DNA of 64,000 nt from a virus (taxonomy: Duplodnaviria > Caudoviricetes), in IMG/VR virus record IMGVR_UViG_3300028048_000081, positions 32,001-96,000 of that record; one strand, 5' to 3'. Under the pieces are notes generated by a model. It did not search any database. It saw only the letters and a program-made list of their open reading frames with translations, and was not told where the DNA came from. Shown piece by piece: positions 47,490-58,064 of this stretch. The translations under genes were made by a program, and so were the position numbers. Position 1 is the stretch's first letter; each line of letters starts with the position of its first letter.

Positions 47490-49547
47490 ATGGAATATAA
47501 GAATGATGGAACTCTTGAAAATTATGTAAAATACACATCGAGAGATTATGAATCTATTCTAAATGATTTGAGGGAGATGGCACCAAATCTCACAGAACTT
47601 TGGACTCCTGAAGCAGATGCTGACCCTGGGGTAGTTTTAACTAAATGGGTTGCTGCAATAGCAGATATGTTAGGAGTAAATTTAGATTGGGTTGCAAATG
47701 AATTATTCGCTCCGTCAGTATCTCAAAGAAAGGATGCTGAAAAATTATTTGCTCTCATCGGATATGAACTTGGATGGTATACTGCAGCAAGAACAGAAAT
47801 AACATTTACTAATAATACAGAAACAAACATATCTTTAGATTTTGGATTTTCTGGAGCAGCATTTACAACTTGCACAGCATTTTCAGATATAACGGGTGCT
47901 TCCAGATTGATTACATACAATGTTATTCCATTAACAAATTCATATGGTAATACAGATACAAGATCAACTCGTAAAATAACATCTGGTTCCGAAGATGTTT
48001 TTGCAGATACCGATAGGGTCTTACTTAAACCTGGAGAATATGTAACAAGGGTAGGAATAGAAGGGGAGTTAAGATCTTATACAGTTCCTGTATCTCAAGT
48101 TAAAAAGAATAATTACATAATTAACATTCCATCCCAGCATGTAGATACAACAGCAATATGGATGAAAGGGAAGGCAGCATATGATTCTGATTCCTACTTG
48201 TCTACCCAGTGGGTACAAGTAGACAGTCCGTCAAAATTCACAGAACCAGAACCTAGATTTGCTGTAACATATGATAATTATAGTAATGCTCAGATTCAAG
48301 TAAGTAATTACCTTAATGAACTTGAAAATTATGAAAATAATTATTTAACTATATATTGGTTAGATTGTAGTGGAGTGATAGGTTGTGTAGGAAAAGATGT
48401 ATTCCAAGATGTCCTTTTTGCAAAACCATCGGAAGATGTATCATTTGAAGGAGGAGACATAACAGTTACTAATCTTTCAAATGTAGTAGAATTGCCACAT
48501 ACAAATACAGTAACAGGTAAAACTCCAGAAACTGCAAAAGAAGCATATAAGAATAGCAGGAATTACATCAATACTTGGGACAGTCTTATAACACTTCCGG
48601 ATTTCAATAGATTCTTAAATAGAGAACCTGGAGTAGATTGTGGTAAGGTGATTGATTGTCAAAAGGCACTTGAAATCAATATGGCAATATTGAACGACGG
48701 AAACCTTACAGATGATCAAAAACAAAAACAATTCATAACTAATTTAGATTTTCCAGAAGGAGAGCTGAAAGTAGATTGGGATAGCATAATAACATCAAAT
48801 TACAATGAATTGAGAACTACATACATAATAAAGGAAGATGATACTTTAGAAAGTATAGCGAAAAAGTATGATGTATCTTATGACAGATTGATAGAGTTCA
48901 ATAACATAACAAATACAAATGATGTTAAACCTGGTATGAAAATAATGATACCAAATGATGTAAATGAATCTTTGATGAAGCAACTTACATCTAATTTTAA
49001 GACATATACAGCTATGTGTTTTGCTATTCATAATGATTTCAAAGATAGTATTTGGGGAAGAGGTATAGTAGATTCTGCACAGATACAAAATAAGAAAGTG
49101 TTTGTAAGATACAAACCTCCAGTTCAATTCATAACAAATGTAATAAAAGATTACAAACCTCTTCAAGCGATGTCAGTAGAATTGCAGTTTGGATATGTTA
49201 GAGTATTTCCATTCTATGTAGTGGGTCAGATATATCCGAAGAAACCTGTAACACAAGATGTTGCTGAAAGTATAATTGCAAAAGCAAAAGAGTCTTTATC
49301 GCTTTATTTCAGCCCTGCTAATAGACGTATTGGTGTTAAACCTACTGTAATGGAAGTAGTAGATGTTATACAGTCAAGTCATGAAAATATTGCATACTTT
49401 GATGCAGGGAGCATAAAGAATAGTGTTATAAATTGGAAAGATTGTGACCCTGACTATTTCAATCCGATAAGCTTTCCAAGATTCTTACCGCTTGAGGATA
49501 CAGCTCAGAATTTGAGAATTGCTCCTGAGTATATTGTATCAGAATAA
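47490..49547 (+). CDS. baseplate wedge protein (gp6/gpJ-like) with inserted LysM domain
   Basis: YTSRDYESI..DPG..D.LG.NLD..ANE.F; G..PET; LysM at 48822-48953. Confidence 0.85.
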   Translation: MEYKNDGTLENYVKYTSRDYESILNDLREMAPNLTELWTPEADADPGVVLTKWVAAIADMLGVNLDWVANELFAPSVSQRKDAEKLFALIGYELGWYTAARTEITFTNNTETNISLDFGFSGAAFTTCTAFSDITGASRLITYNVIPLTNSYGNTDTRSTRKITSGSEDVFADTDRVLLKPGEYVTRVGIEGELRSYTVPVSQVKKNNYIINIPSQHVDTTAIWMKGKAAYDSDSYLSTQWVQVDSPSKFTEPEPRFAVTYDNYSNAQIQVSNYLNELENYENNYLTIYWLDCSGVIGCVGKDVFQDVLFAKPSEDVSFEGGDITVTNLSNVVELPHTNTVTGKTPETAKEAYKNSRNYINTWDSLITLPDFNRFLNREPGVDCGKVIDCQKALEINMAILNDGNLTDDQKQKQFITNLDFPEGELKVDWDSIITSNYNELRTTYIIKEDDTLESIAKKYDVSYDRLIEFNNITNTNDVKPGMKIMIPNDVNESLMKQLTSNFKTYTAMCFAIHNDFKDSIWGRGIVDSAQIQNKKVFVRYKPPVQFITNVIKDYKPLQAMSVELQFGYVRVFPFYVVGQIYPKKPVTQDVAESIIAKAKESLSLYFSPANRRIGVKPTVMEVVDVIQSSHENIAYFDAGSIKNSVINWKDCDPDYFNPISFPRFLPLEDTAQNLRIAPEYIVSE

Positions 49548-49561
49548 GTTCGGAGGACAAA

Positions 49562-50725
49562 ATGCAGATAGAAGAAATACCTGTACCCGAAATATATAAA
49601 TCATCATCTGATTTTAGATTTTTTCTTAAGTGGTACGGTACGCTATTAGATAAAATAAAGTATGATACAGAGAATCTGATTGATGTTTATGACCCATTAA
49701 GATGTCCTGCTCATCTACTTTGGATGCTTGCAGAAACAATGGGGTTCAAATATGATGATAGATTACCATCCGCATTTAATAGATTGGTCCTTGTTTATTT
49801 CATGTCAATGATAAGAAATAGAGGAAGTAAAGACGGTGTTACTCTTGCGGCAGAAGTTAATCTTGCGGAATTTAACATATTACAATATGGAAAAGAAAAA
49901 GATATATTATATGACAGATTAGAAGATACTGCGATACCTGTTAATTCTGTATATGTTACTCCTCATACTCCAGAAGGATATATTGATGTAGTATATTTCA
50001 GCGATAAGAAACCTATAGATGCATGTATAGAATATGTTAGACCTTTAGGAATGTATGTGTTTCAGAATTCTGGTGTTCGTATGAATACAAAATCTAAAGT
50101 AGTTGTAGATGCAAGATTATGTAATACAAATGATATTGGAATATCTGTAGGGCCTACTCATGTAGGTCATTATAATCGAGAAGATTACGCAAGAATTCAA
50201 AAGAATTCCGAGTATGATGTATTCGGAACTAATCACAAAAGAAAAGATGTATATTATAGAAATTCTGATTATGAAGAAGAGACTACTCCAAATAAATCTA
50301 GTAAGTGGATAGATCCTAAATACAGATCTTTGTATTCATTGCAGTTATGTAATAATGAACATATTGTTAAATCTATTCTTCCAGACAGAATATTTGGATT
50401 AGGATTTGATCCTCAGAGTGTTGATTATGAATATCCCGGGGAATACATACCAGATGAAATGGAAGATAAGAATTGGAATTTGAGATACGATAAAGAAAAT
50501 GAAGAAAATGCTACTAATGGTGATACATATACTGTTGAGGGAGGAACCATAATAAAACCTGAACCCGCAGTAAGCCCTGTTATGTCTACAATAGGAGATG
50601 CAATACTCATAGAAAAGAATGAAGAGGATATAAAATTAACATATACTAAAGTTGATGATCAGGGTAATATAACAAAGGTTGATATAACTTCAGAGGATGG
50701 ATCAAACGATGAAAATGAAGGTTAA
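49562..50725 (+). CDS. baseplate wedge/tail protein (gp7/P2 gpI-like)
   Basis: DPLRCPAHLLWMLAETMG, RNRGSKDGV, YVRPLG. Confidence 0.75.
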   Translation: MQIEEIPVPEIYKSSSDFRFFLKWYGTLLDKIKYDTENLIDVYDPLRCPAHLLWMLAETMGFKYDDRLPSAFNRLVLVYFMSMIRNRGSKDGVTLAAEVNLAEFNILQYGKEKDILYDRLEDTAIPVNSVYVTPHTPEGYIDVVYFSDKKPIDACIEYVRPLGMYVFQNSGVRMNTKSKVVVDARLCNTNDIGISVGPTHVGHYNREDYARIQKNSEYDVFGTNHKRKDVYYRNSDYEEETTPNKSSKWIDPKYRSLYSLQLCNNEHIVKSILPDRIFGLGFDPQSVDYEYPGEYIPDEMEDKNWNLRYDKENEENATNGDTYTVEGGTIIKPEPAVSPVMSTIGDAILIEKNEEDIKLTYTKVDDQGNITKVDITSEDGSNDENEG

Positions 50726-50981
50726 AGAATTAGACCCTATTGTAAGAGAATTGTGGGAAGTAGAAAATAGCATTTCAGAAAAATATGAAAAGTTAGATTC
50801 TAGATTATCGGATATGGAGTCAAAATTATATTCCGAAAATAATAATTCTGTAGAGTCTCAAGAATATGAATACGATAGTATGTCAGATAAATTAGATGCT
50901 ATGCAGGAAGTAATAGATTCTATAGAGGATTCGGTAGAAAAATTGCTGCCATATTGTGATGAAGAAGGGGAAGAAGATTGA
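50709..50981 (+). CDS. small acidic coiled-coil protein
   Basis: ORF; heptad pattern. Confidence 0.6.
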   Translation: MKMKVKELDPIVRELWEVENSISEKYEKLDSRLSDMESKLYSENNNSVESQEYEYDSMSDKLDAMQEVIDSIEDSVEKLLPYCDEEGEED

Positions 50982-52693
50982 GTTCCAACGAAATATATGA
51001 AAATAAATTGAATCTAAGTAACAAATTCTTAAGTTTATTTCCTGGAAAAGAATTTGTAGTTAAAGCATCGAATGATATAGTTGTTCCTATAAATAATTGT
51101 TCTGAGGTAAGTTACGATAATGAATCTAAATTGGGAACAAGTAAATTTGAATTTGATGATCAAGACATTCCAGAAGAAGGTTACTATGCCTTGCTGGGAG
51201 ATTTTTCAGTAAATGAAGATTTTGAAGATGCTGCATATCCTCTTCCGGGAGAGGGAATAGCAGAAGAATATGGGCTGGGCTGTATAGATAGTGAAGATGA
51301 TGAATTGACTCCGTATGATTCAAGAGTAATTTATTATTGTGATAAGATTCCAGATGAAGAGTTTGGATATCTGTATAGATTATATGAATTTGATAGATCT
51401 GGTTGGATAGAGGATTTTGAAGTAGATGGAGATCCTGAAGAATTATCGGATTCCGATTATAGATTTAGATGTTCTTGGAGAAACATAGATCAAGATCATG
51501 GATTATCTAAAGTACCTGATACTGTATCTGTAACAAACAAACAATTTCGTGGATTAGAAGTAAGGATGTGGGAAGTATCTGAAGATAGAAAAGATATCGT
51601 CATACAGTTTTTCAATCCACAAACATATGTTATGACGGATAAAGACTCACTTTCTTCTATAGCATATAGATATAATGTAAGTTTAGAGGATTTAAAGAAA
51701 GCAAATAATATAGAAGAATATGAAAGTGATTATGCAAGAATAGGTACAAAATTATTGCTTCCTAGGTCTGATGTTAAGATAGATAAGGGTACAGAAATAA
51801 TTTTATACATGGTAGATGGCAATTATATTATGTCATTGGATGAATACTGGAACATAATTAATAATACTAGAGCAGAGAGGGTTCCAGATCTTGTAAGGAT
51901 AACTTATAGGCCAAAGGCTAAAACCTACGCAAACCTTATAGCACAGCCTAGCAATATATGGAAACAGGGTGTATGTTCTATAAAATATGGAACTTACAAT
52001 ATAGTAACAACTATTGAAACAACTTATGATGATCCCGATGAAGGACAACAAACATATACTAAATCAATAGAAAGAGGTCCTAGATACTATATTAGAAAAG
52101 AAATAAAGAAGTTAAAGATAGATAACTCTAAATTGAAAAAGTATAAAGAGTATCTTATGAATCAAGAACTTAAGAAAACAGAACGTAACATATTGAAAGA
52201 TATAAGTTCGTTAAGAGGACAAGATATAAATATAGTTATGCGCGATGTTAAATATTCTTCACAAACTTCTAAATCATCTAAATCTAAAAAGACAACAATT
52301 ACAGATAGAGCAAAGGATTATTTAGCAAAGATATATGTAGATGAGGTCATAGGAGGAATAAAGAAAACAGGAAACCTTCATAAATTTGGTGTAAACGTGA
52401 AAGATGCAAAAACATTCTTCTTATCTAATACTATAGATTATGTTGTTCTGTATGAATGGACGGGTAAGCGTTGGCATACTGCATTCCAAGGAGGAAAATG
52501 GCCTGAAAAGATGAATAATTACACAAAACAACTTAAAAAGGCGTGGAACAGTTGTACTGCATTAAGCGCAACAAAGATAACAGGCACACCTCCAAATCAA
52601 AAACAAGCATGGCCTAAATATTTAGATTGGTTAGCACCTCAGCAGGTAATAGACAGCACATATCATTATCTTATGATAAATAGGAGTATATAG
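50978..52693 (+). CDS. LysM-containing virion protein
   Basis: YVMTDKDSLSSIAYRYNVSLEDLKKANNI...GTKLLLP at 51626-51763. Confidence 0.7.
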   Translation: MSSNEIYENKLNLSNKFLSLFPGKEFVVKASNDIVVPINNCSEVSYDNESKLGTSKFEFDDQDIPEEGYYALLGDFSVNEDFEDAAYPLPGEGIAEEYGLGCIDSEDDELTPYDSRVIYYCDKIPDEEFGYLYRLYEFDRSGWIEDFEVDGDPEELSDSDYRFRCSWRNIDQDHGLSKVPDTVSVTNKQFRGLEVRMWEVSEDRKDIVIQFFNPQTYVMTDKDSLSSIAYRYNVSLEDLKKANNIEEYESDYARIGTKLLLPRSDVKIDKGTEIILYMVDGNYIMSLDEYWNIINNTRAERVPDLVRITYRPKAKTYANLIAQPSNIWKQGVCSIKYGTYNIVTTIETTYDDPDEGQQTYTKSIERGPRYYIRKEIKKLKIDNSKLKKYKEYLMNQELKKTERNILKDISSLRGQDINIVMRDVKYSSQTSKSSKSKKTTITDRAKDYLAKIYVDEVIGGIKKTGNLHKFGVNVKDAKTFFLSNTIDYVVLYEWTGKRWHTAFQGGKWPEKMNNYTKQLKKAWNSCTALSATKITGTPPNQKQAWPKYLDWLAPQQVIDSTYHYLMINRSI

Positions 52694-54958
52694 ATGTCAA
52701 GATTATATGATTTGAGTACATGGTCAAGCGACGATGTACTGAATTTTGATATAACATTTAGCAGTGAAACGCAGTGTGACTGTCAATATGATAATGGTTG
52801 TTCATTATTGTTAAACGGAAATCTATTATCATATGACTATTACAGTATTTCAAAAATAGATAATATTCGTGTTAGAATATCATTACCTATCACACAGCAG
52901 TTTAAATCTATACTTACTGTAAACGACGTTATTGAAGTAGATTTAAGTTGTGATAAGTTTGATTCTACTCATCGTAGTTATTATCTTACGGGTTGGAGGT
53001 ATGTAGATTCTGGTTATGACGATCCTCCAGAAATCCCATCTATATTCAATTTCAAATGGGAAGATTCTAGATTATCAGATGTTAACTGGGAAGGTACTAC
53101 ATTTGTTGAAGTAAATGGGGATCAAAAATTACCATATACTTCGTATCAGATATCATTTGGTTATGATAATATAAGTGGTGAAGCAGTAGTTGATGGAAGT
53201 ATATTTGATAATCCTGAGTATGAATTATATGATGGAGATATAGTAGGTGTATGGTGTGAAAACATTCCTATAATTGCAGATGAATGCAGAATTGTTAATT
53301 TAACAAGTTACAAAGATGAACTTGAAGGTTCATATGGTTTTGAAGAGATAGATAAATCAAAACAATCCGAAGAAGATATGATCAATTGTCTTCAATGGCA
53401 TGATATATATTCTGATAAGCGTGTAGGTCTAGGTGAAATAGGATTTTCTGAAAATAAACAGAAAGCAAGTTTGAATGAATACAATTCAAATTTATCTTGG
53501 GTTCAGCTAATAGAACGTCAACGATATAAGAATTTTACATTCTATTTCACAGATGAAAATAATCAAAGCATTGAAGGGTTCAAATATGAATGTAAAATAA
53601 CAGATATTACAGTGCTGGGAAGCGAAATACCTTTAGAACCTGTTTCATCTTCTGTTGATAGCGATTCAGTTGTAATAAGAGGTAAGTTGTTATATGGGCA
53701 TTCATACGGATTTGAAATAACTAATATGCCTAAAGATTATGAACCGTTTATTTCAAGACCAAAAATAACAATATCTATAGATGGTGATATATCTACATCG
53801 GATTTTGTTTTCGCAAATGATAAATATAATTATCAGATAGAAATAACAGATTTGTTTACATATGCAAGATACAATTCGTCATCTCATCAATTAGCTTTTT
53901 TGAAATCAGATCAAGAATATGAAAATGGACAGATTATTGGAAACAATCAATATTTTACAAATGTTCTAAACGCAGATCCTAATAATATACCTTGGAAAAA
54001 TGTAATAAGTAGTGTAGAATATGTAACATTTTTAGATACTATAGAGCCCAGATCTACTTCATTCTGGTTCAATGGTGGAGAAAATATAATAAGTGTATCC
54101 GAAATATCTAAGTTGAATACAAGTTTAGTGACAAATATGTCGTACATGTTTTCATATTGTAGTTCAATTACATCTTTAGATCTATCTAGTTTCAATACAT
54201 CAAATGTATATAATATGTCAGCTATGTTTTCAAACTGTATGAATCTAAATGAATTGAGTGTGTCAGGTTGGGATACATCTAAAGTAGAATTCATGGAAGC
54301 TATGTTTTACAACTGTAGATCAATTCAATCTTTAGATCTATCTAGTTTTTCAGTAGAAGTGTTAGAATATACTAGAGATATGTTTTCTGGTTGTTATGAT
54401 TTAAGAGAAATATACGCAAGTTCAAATTGGTCTGATTCTAATACTATCATTCGTTCTCAATTTATGTTTCATGGATGCAGTAAATTAAATAATTGGAATG
54501 CAGAATATACAGATAAAACGCTCGCTCATTATAGACCCGAAAGAACAGAAACGCATTATATTTCTGGCTATCCTAAACCTGCAGAATCAACATATGAAGA
54601 GGTAAAAGATACATATGGCAGAGGTTCTGATTATTCTTATTTCTACGGAGTTAATGATGATAAATATTGTATATTGGCAAGATATTGGAGAGTAACAGAA
54701 AAAACAGAAACGGATAATTCAACAATATTTCAATGGGATGATAAAAATTTAACTTGGGTTGCCGCAGCAAGTAGATCGTATCGTGAAACAGCGTCAGGAG
54801 ATGAATATGATACCCCATATCCAGATCAGATATGGTATGATGTCCACTCTTCTTTGATACTTCAAAATAGTTCTTATTCTGACCTTCCAAATGAATTAGG
54901 AGGGGATACTATAACTGTTATCATTCCTGCGGGATATTTCACAGAAAGAACTAATTAG
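52694..54958 (+). CDS. BspA/DUF285-type leucine-rich repeat protein
   Basis: Repeats NTSxVTNMSxMFxxCxxLxSLDLSSF. Confidence 0.8.
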   Translation: MSRLYDLSTWSSDDVLNFDITFSSETQCDCQYDNGCSLLLNGNLLSYDYYSISKIDNIRVRISLPITQQFKSILTVNDVIEVDLSCDKFDSTHRSYYLTGWRYVDSGYDDPPEIPSIFNFKWEDSRLSDVNWEGTTFVEVNGDQKLPYTSYQISFGYDNISGEAVVDGSIFDNPEYELYDGDIVGVWCENIPIIADECRIVNLTSYKDELEGSYGFEEIDKSKQSEEDMINCLQWHDIYSDKRVGLGEIGFSENKQKASLNEYNSNLSWVQLIERQRYKNFTFYFTDENNQSIEGFKYECKITDITVLGSEIPLEPVSSSVDSDSVVIRGKLLYGHSYGFEITNMPKDYEPFISRPKITISIDGDISTSDFVFANDKYNYQIEITDLFTYARYNSSSHQLAFLKSDQEYENGQIIGNNQYFTNVLNADPNNIPWKNVISSVEYVTFLDTIEPRSTSFWFNGGENIISVSEISKLNTSLVTNMSYMFSYCSSITSLDLSSFNTSNVYNMSAMFSNCMNLNELSVSGWDTSKVEFMEAMFYNCRSIQSLDLSSFSVEVLEYTRDMFSGCYDLREIYASSNWSDSNTIIRSQFMFHGCSKLNNWNAEYTDKTLAHYRPERTETHYISGYPKPAESTYEEVKDTYGRGSDYSYFYGVNDDKYCILARYWRVTEKTETDNSTIFQWDDKNLTWVAAASRSYRETASGDEYDTPYPDQIWYDVHSSLILQNSSYSDLPNELGGDTITVIIPAGYFTERTN

Positions 54959-54969
54959 AACCTTGTATA
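54959..54969 (+). promoter_or_regulatory. putative late promoter
   Basis: AACCTTGTATA. Confidence 0.7.
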
Positions 54970-54993
54970 GATATAGGTAAGAGGTAACCATTT

Positions 54994-55461
54994 ATGACGA
55001 TTCGTTACAAGGTTGAAGATAAACCAAATAAGAATACAACATCTAGTTCCTCAAAGAATTTTGAATCTAATTTCAGAGGAGATGTTACCAAAGATATAGA
55101 AGGGCTGAAATTTGTATGGTATGATGATCAGGGAACTGTAATAAAAGAATTAAATATAGAAGAAATAGGACAAGGACCTGCACAACCAGCAACGGAAGCA
55201 GAAATTAGTTTTGACGAATTAGGATATACAACTCCAAATCTTCATAGACGTATAGATTCTAAATTGGATGAACAAGATACAGAAGAAATAACACCAAAGG
55301 ATTATAAATTTACTATACAAGGATTAAATTCGCATAGGTATTCTAGAAAAACATTTCACATAGATGATATTTCGGAAGACCTGAAGGATTGGGAAGATGA
55401 TGAAGACTATCAAGATATGATTGAGCGTGCAGAAGAGATGGAATTGAAGGAGATACCTTAA
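54994..55461 (+). CDS. acidic hypothetical protein
   Basis: GAGG RBS. Confidence 0.7.
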   Translation: MTIRYKVEDKPNKNTTSSSSKNFESNFRGDVTKDIEGLKFVWYDDQGTVIKELNIEEIGQGPAQPATEAEISFDELGYTTPNLHRRIDSKLDEQDTEEITPKDYKFTIQGLNSHRYSRKTFHIDDISEDLKDWEDDEDYQDMIERAEEMELKEIP

Positions 55462-55462
55462 A

Positions 55463-55774
55463 ATGTATAAACCGAAAATAGATGAAGATGTTATAGATTC
55501 AATATGTAAAGATATAAAAGATGGAATAACTGAGGAATATCAGGATGATTTTCCTTACATGGAAATAGTAACATCTTATCAGTATGATAGAAAAAATCAA
55601 AATATTCAAGTAAGTATTTTTGTTTATCCAAACGGGGATGAGAATAGAATAAAAGGGAAGTTAACACTTCATATAGAAAATGAATACGAAGATATTTCTG
55701 ATTTCAATGATAGTATACGAAAATCAGAAATTGATTGTTTAGATGATATATCTATTAATCTGAAAGCTGAATAA
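55463..55774 (+). CDS. acidic hypothetical protein
   Basis: AAGGAG RBS. Confidence 0.7.
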   Translation: MYKPKIDEDVIDSICKDIKDGITEEYQDDFPYMEIVTSYQYDRKNQNIQVSIFVYPNGDENRIKGKLTLHIENEYEDISDFNDSIRKSEIDCLDDISINLKAE

Positions 55775-55776
55775 TA

Positions 55777-57678
55777 ATGAGAATAACTGATGGTTATAAA
55801 CAACTGAAGGATATACTTAAGATTTCAAAGAACTTAGGTATGAAAGAAAATGTTATGTTCCGTGTATTAGATAAAGATACAGGAGAGGTTGTATCTGAAC
55901 ATACCGGACATAATAGTGCAACAAATTCTCTTATTACCGGAATAGGGCATTATCTTGTTGGTGAAGGAATATATAATCAGGGATATGATATGCTACATAG
56001 ATATGTCCCATTATATATTTCTTTAGGAACAATGGGTCTCCTTAATCAAGAAGAAGATGAAGAAGGTCTCCCCGCTGGTATAGGTGTTATGCCGGATGAC
56101 GAAGATCCAGATGATGAAGAATCAAAAGAGATATATGATAGATGGAAAGACCTTAGAGATAAATTAGATCTGATAAAAGGCGGAAAGCAGTATATAGATA
56201 AATTTGGAGATCCCGAACCTCCATTACAAGAAGATCTTTGGATAGAAGTATCATACGAAGATATACAAGAAGAAACCAAATCATATGAATATAGAGCATA
56301 TATAGATTCATCTAAATATGATCCAGATCGTGAAACATATGATGCTGCAATAGAAGAGGATCTAGATGGTCATTATCTTCCTAGAATAGAATATTGTGTT
56401 TATTATATAAATATGGTTGATTCTGGAGAAGTAGATGAACACGGAAACATGATACTTGTTCCAGAAACGTATTATACTGGGGAAGTAGACGAACATGGAG
56501 AAAAAATATATGCTCTTAAATGGAGTATAGCAAAAGGATTAGACGAATTAGATGAAATACTGAGTACTCTTCGTCAGTGTCCATATTCTGAGGGAACATG
56601 CTTACTACATCAGAAATGTTTAGATTGCGTATTTCCAGAAAAGAAGCAACTTATTGACGAGCTTCAAGAAATAAAAGATAAATGGCAATCAGAGTACGAC
56701 GATACAGATGAAATGTATCAGAAAGCCTTGGAGGACCTTGAAGGACTCAAATTTGATAAGTATTTAGATGAGTGTCCAGGATATGGTTCAGATGGTAGTT
56801 GTAAATCTGTAGATTCTGCAGATAATAATTACAGGCCATATTTTGGATTAGGTCCTGTATTTGAAAATAGAGAGAATACTGACGGTCTTACAATAGATTG
56901 TGAACTTATTTCGGATTCATTTCCTAGAGAAATGATATCATACAGAGATATAGTTCCAGAAGGTGAATCAGAATTAAAGGGAACAGTAGATGTTGTATTT
57001 AGTGCCATGATTTCTACAGGTGCACTTAAACAGTTTAGAGAGCCTGGAAGAGATTATGTATTTATAACAGAAGCAGGACTTTGGTCCAGTCCCGATTGGA
57101 ATGATAGCGGGGAGAATGGATTACTTGCTGGTTACAGAATAGTTCCTCCAAATTCGGAAAACTGGGCGATGTCAGCATCTCGTGTAAAACCTGAAGATAT
57201 ACCTCCAGGAGGAACTGCAGAAACTGTTGCAAAACATAATCGACAGATATTGAAAGAAAATATTCTGAAAGTTGGAATAAATCAGGTAGTACAAGTAGTA
57301 TGGAAGATTCAAATTGGTGGTGTAGATCAATTTGAAAACATGCGTGATATATTTACAGTTAAGAATTATCATTATGCTGAAGGTATGTGGTTTGGAAATG
57401 TTCCTTCTGAGAATCCATACATACCAGAACCACCACAACCACACTTCATTGGAGTGTATGATATAACGATAAAACAGGGAGATTATTTCAATCTAAAATA
57501 TGGTGTACATGCATTTGACGATACAGGGAAAGAAGTAGATTTTGTAACAGATCCTGAAACATTAGATACGGATCAAACAGGAACATTTGTCATTAATTAT
57601 ATAATATATGATGAAGATGAAAGTGGATCACCTTCTATATTATATGAAGAACAGCGAACAGTAACAATAGAAAGTTAG
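55777..57678 (+). CDS. tail-collar/fibre-attachment-like structural protein with large insertion and C-terminal Ig-like domain
   Basis: HN..TN..G..L..YISLGT ... ITEAGLW..LLA..VWKIQ; GVHAFDDTG..LDTDQTGTF.INY. Confidence 0.55.
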   Translation: MRITDGYKQLKDILKISKNLGMKENVMFRVLDKDTGEVVSEHTGHNSATNSLITGIGHYLVGEGIYNQGYDMLHRYVPLYISLGTMGLLNQEEDEEGLPAGIGVMPDDEDPDDEESKEIYDRWKDLRDKLDLIKGGKQYIDKFGDPEPPLQEDLWIEVSYEDIQEETKSYEYRAYIDSSKYDPDRETYDAAIEEDLDGHYLPRIEYCVYYINMVDSGEVDEHGNMILVPETYYTGEVDEHGEKIYALKWSIAKGLDELDEILSTLRQCPYSEGTCLLHQKCLDCVFPEKKQLIDELQEIKDKWQSEYDDTDEMYQKALEDLEGLKFDKYLDECPGYGSDGSCKSVDSADNNYRPYFGLGPVFENRENTDGLTIDCELISDSFPREMISYRDIVPEGESELKGTVDVVFSAMISTGALKQFREPGRDYVFITEAGLWSSPDWNDSGENGLLAGYRIVPPNSENWAMSASRVKPEDIPPGGTAETVAKHNRQILKENILKVGINQVVQVVWKIQIGGVDQFENMRDIFTVKNYHYAEGMWFGNVPSENPYIPEPPQPHFIGVYDITIKQGDYFNLKYGVHAFDDTGKEVDFVTDPETLDTDQTGTFVINYIIYDEDESGSPSILYEEQRTVTIES

Positions 57679-57690
57679 AAAATAAGAGGT

Positions 57691-58053
57691 ATGATTATGG
57701 AAGATTTATTGTTTACTCCGGCAGCACTTTTAGATGTTTTAACTCAGATTGAAGAACTAAAAGATGTTGATTTAGGGATAACAGAAACTGTAGACGGACA
57801 GTTACAGTTACAGGTAGGAGAATCTACTTATCTATTACAGCCAGAAGGCGAGACTGAAGTAGATGTTGAAGAGTCTGATTTAGAAAAAGTAGAAGATGCC
57901 AATATGGAAGCATATGAAAATCTAGAATCAGATGGGGAAATAAATATAGAAAAAGAAGCAGATGAAACTATTGAGTCTGGTCTTATAAAGGAAGCAGCAA
58001 AAGCTCTGTTATTGGGTGGTATGATAAAGCTTTCAGCAAAGATGTTAAAATAG
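57691..58053 (+). CDS. acidic head-associated protein
   Basis: Upstream of the protease; TIESG motif before a hydrophobic C-terminal helix. Confidence 0.55.
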   Translation: MIMEDLLFTPAALLDVLTQIEELKDVDLGITETVDGQLQLQVGESTYLLQPEGETEVDVEESDLEKVEDANMEAYENLESDGEINIEKEADETIESGLIKEAAKALLLGGMIKLSAKMLK

Positions 58054-58064
58054 TAGGAGGAAGT

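Noticed and set aside
13857-54958. Diversity-generating retroelement acting on fibre or BspA genes
   Set aside because: No reverse transcriptase and no template/variable repeat pair differing at adenines were noticed in this window.
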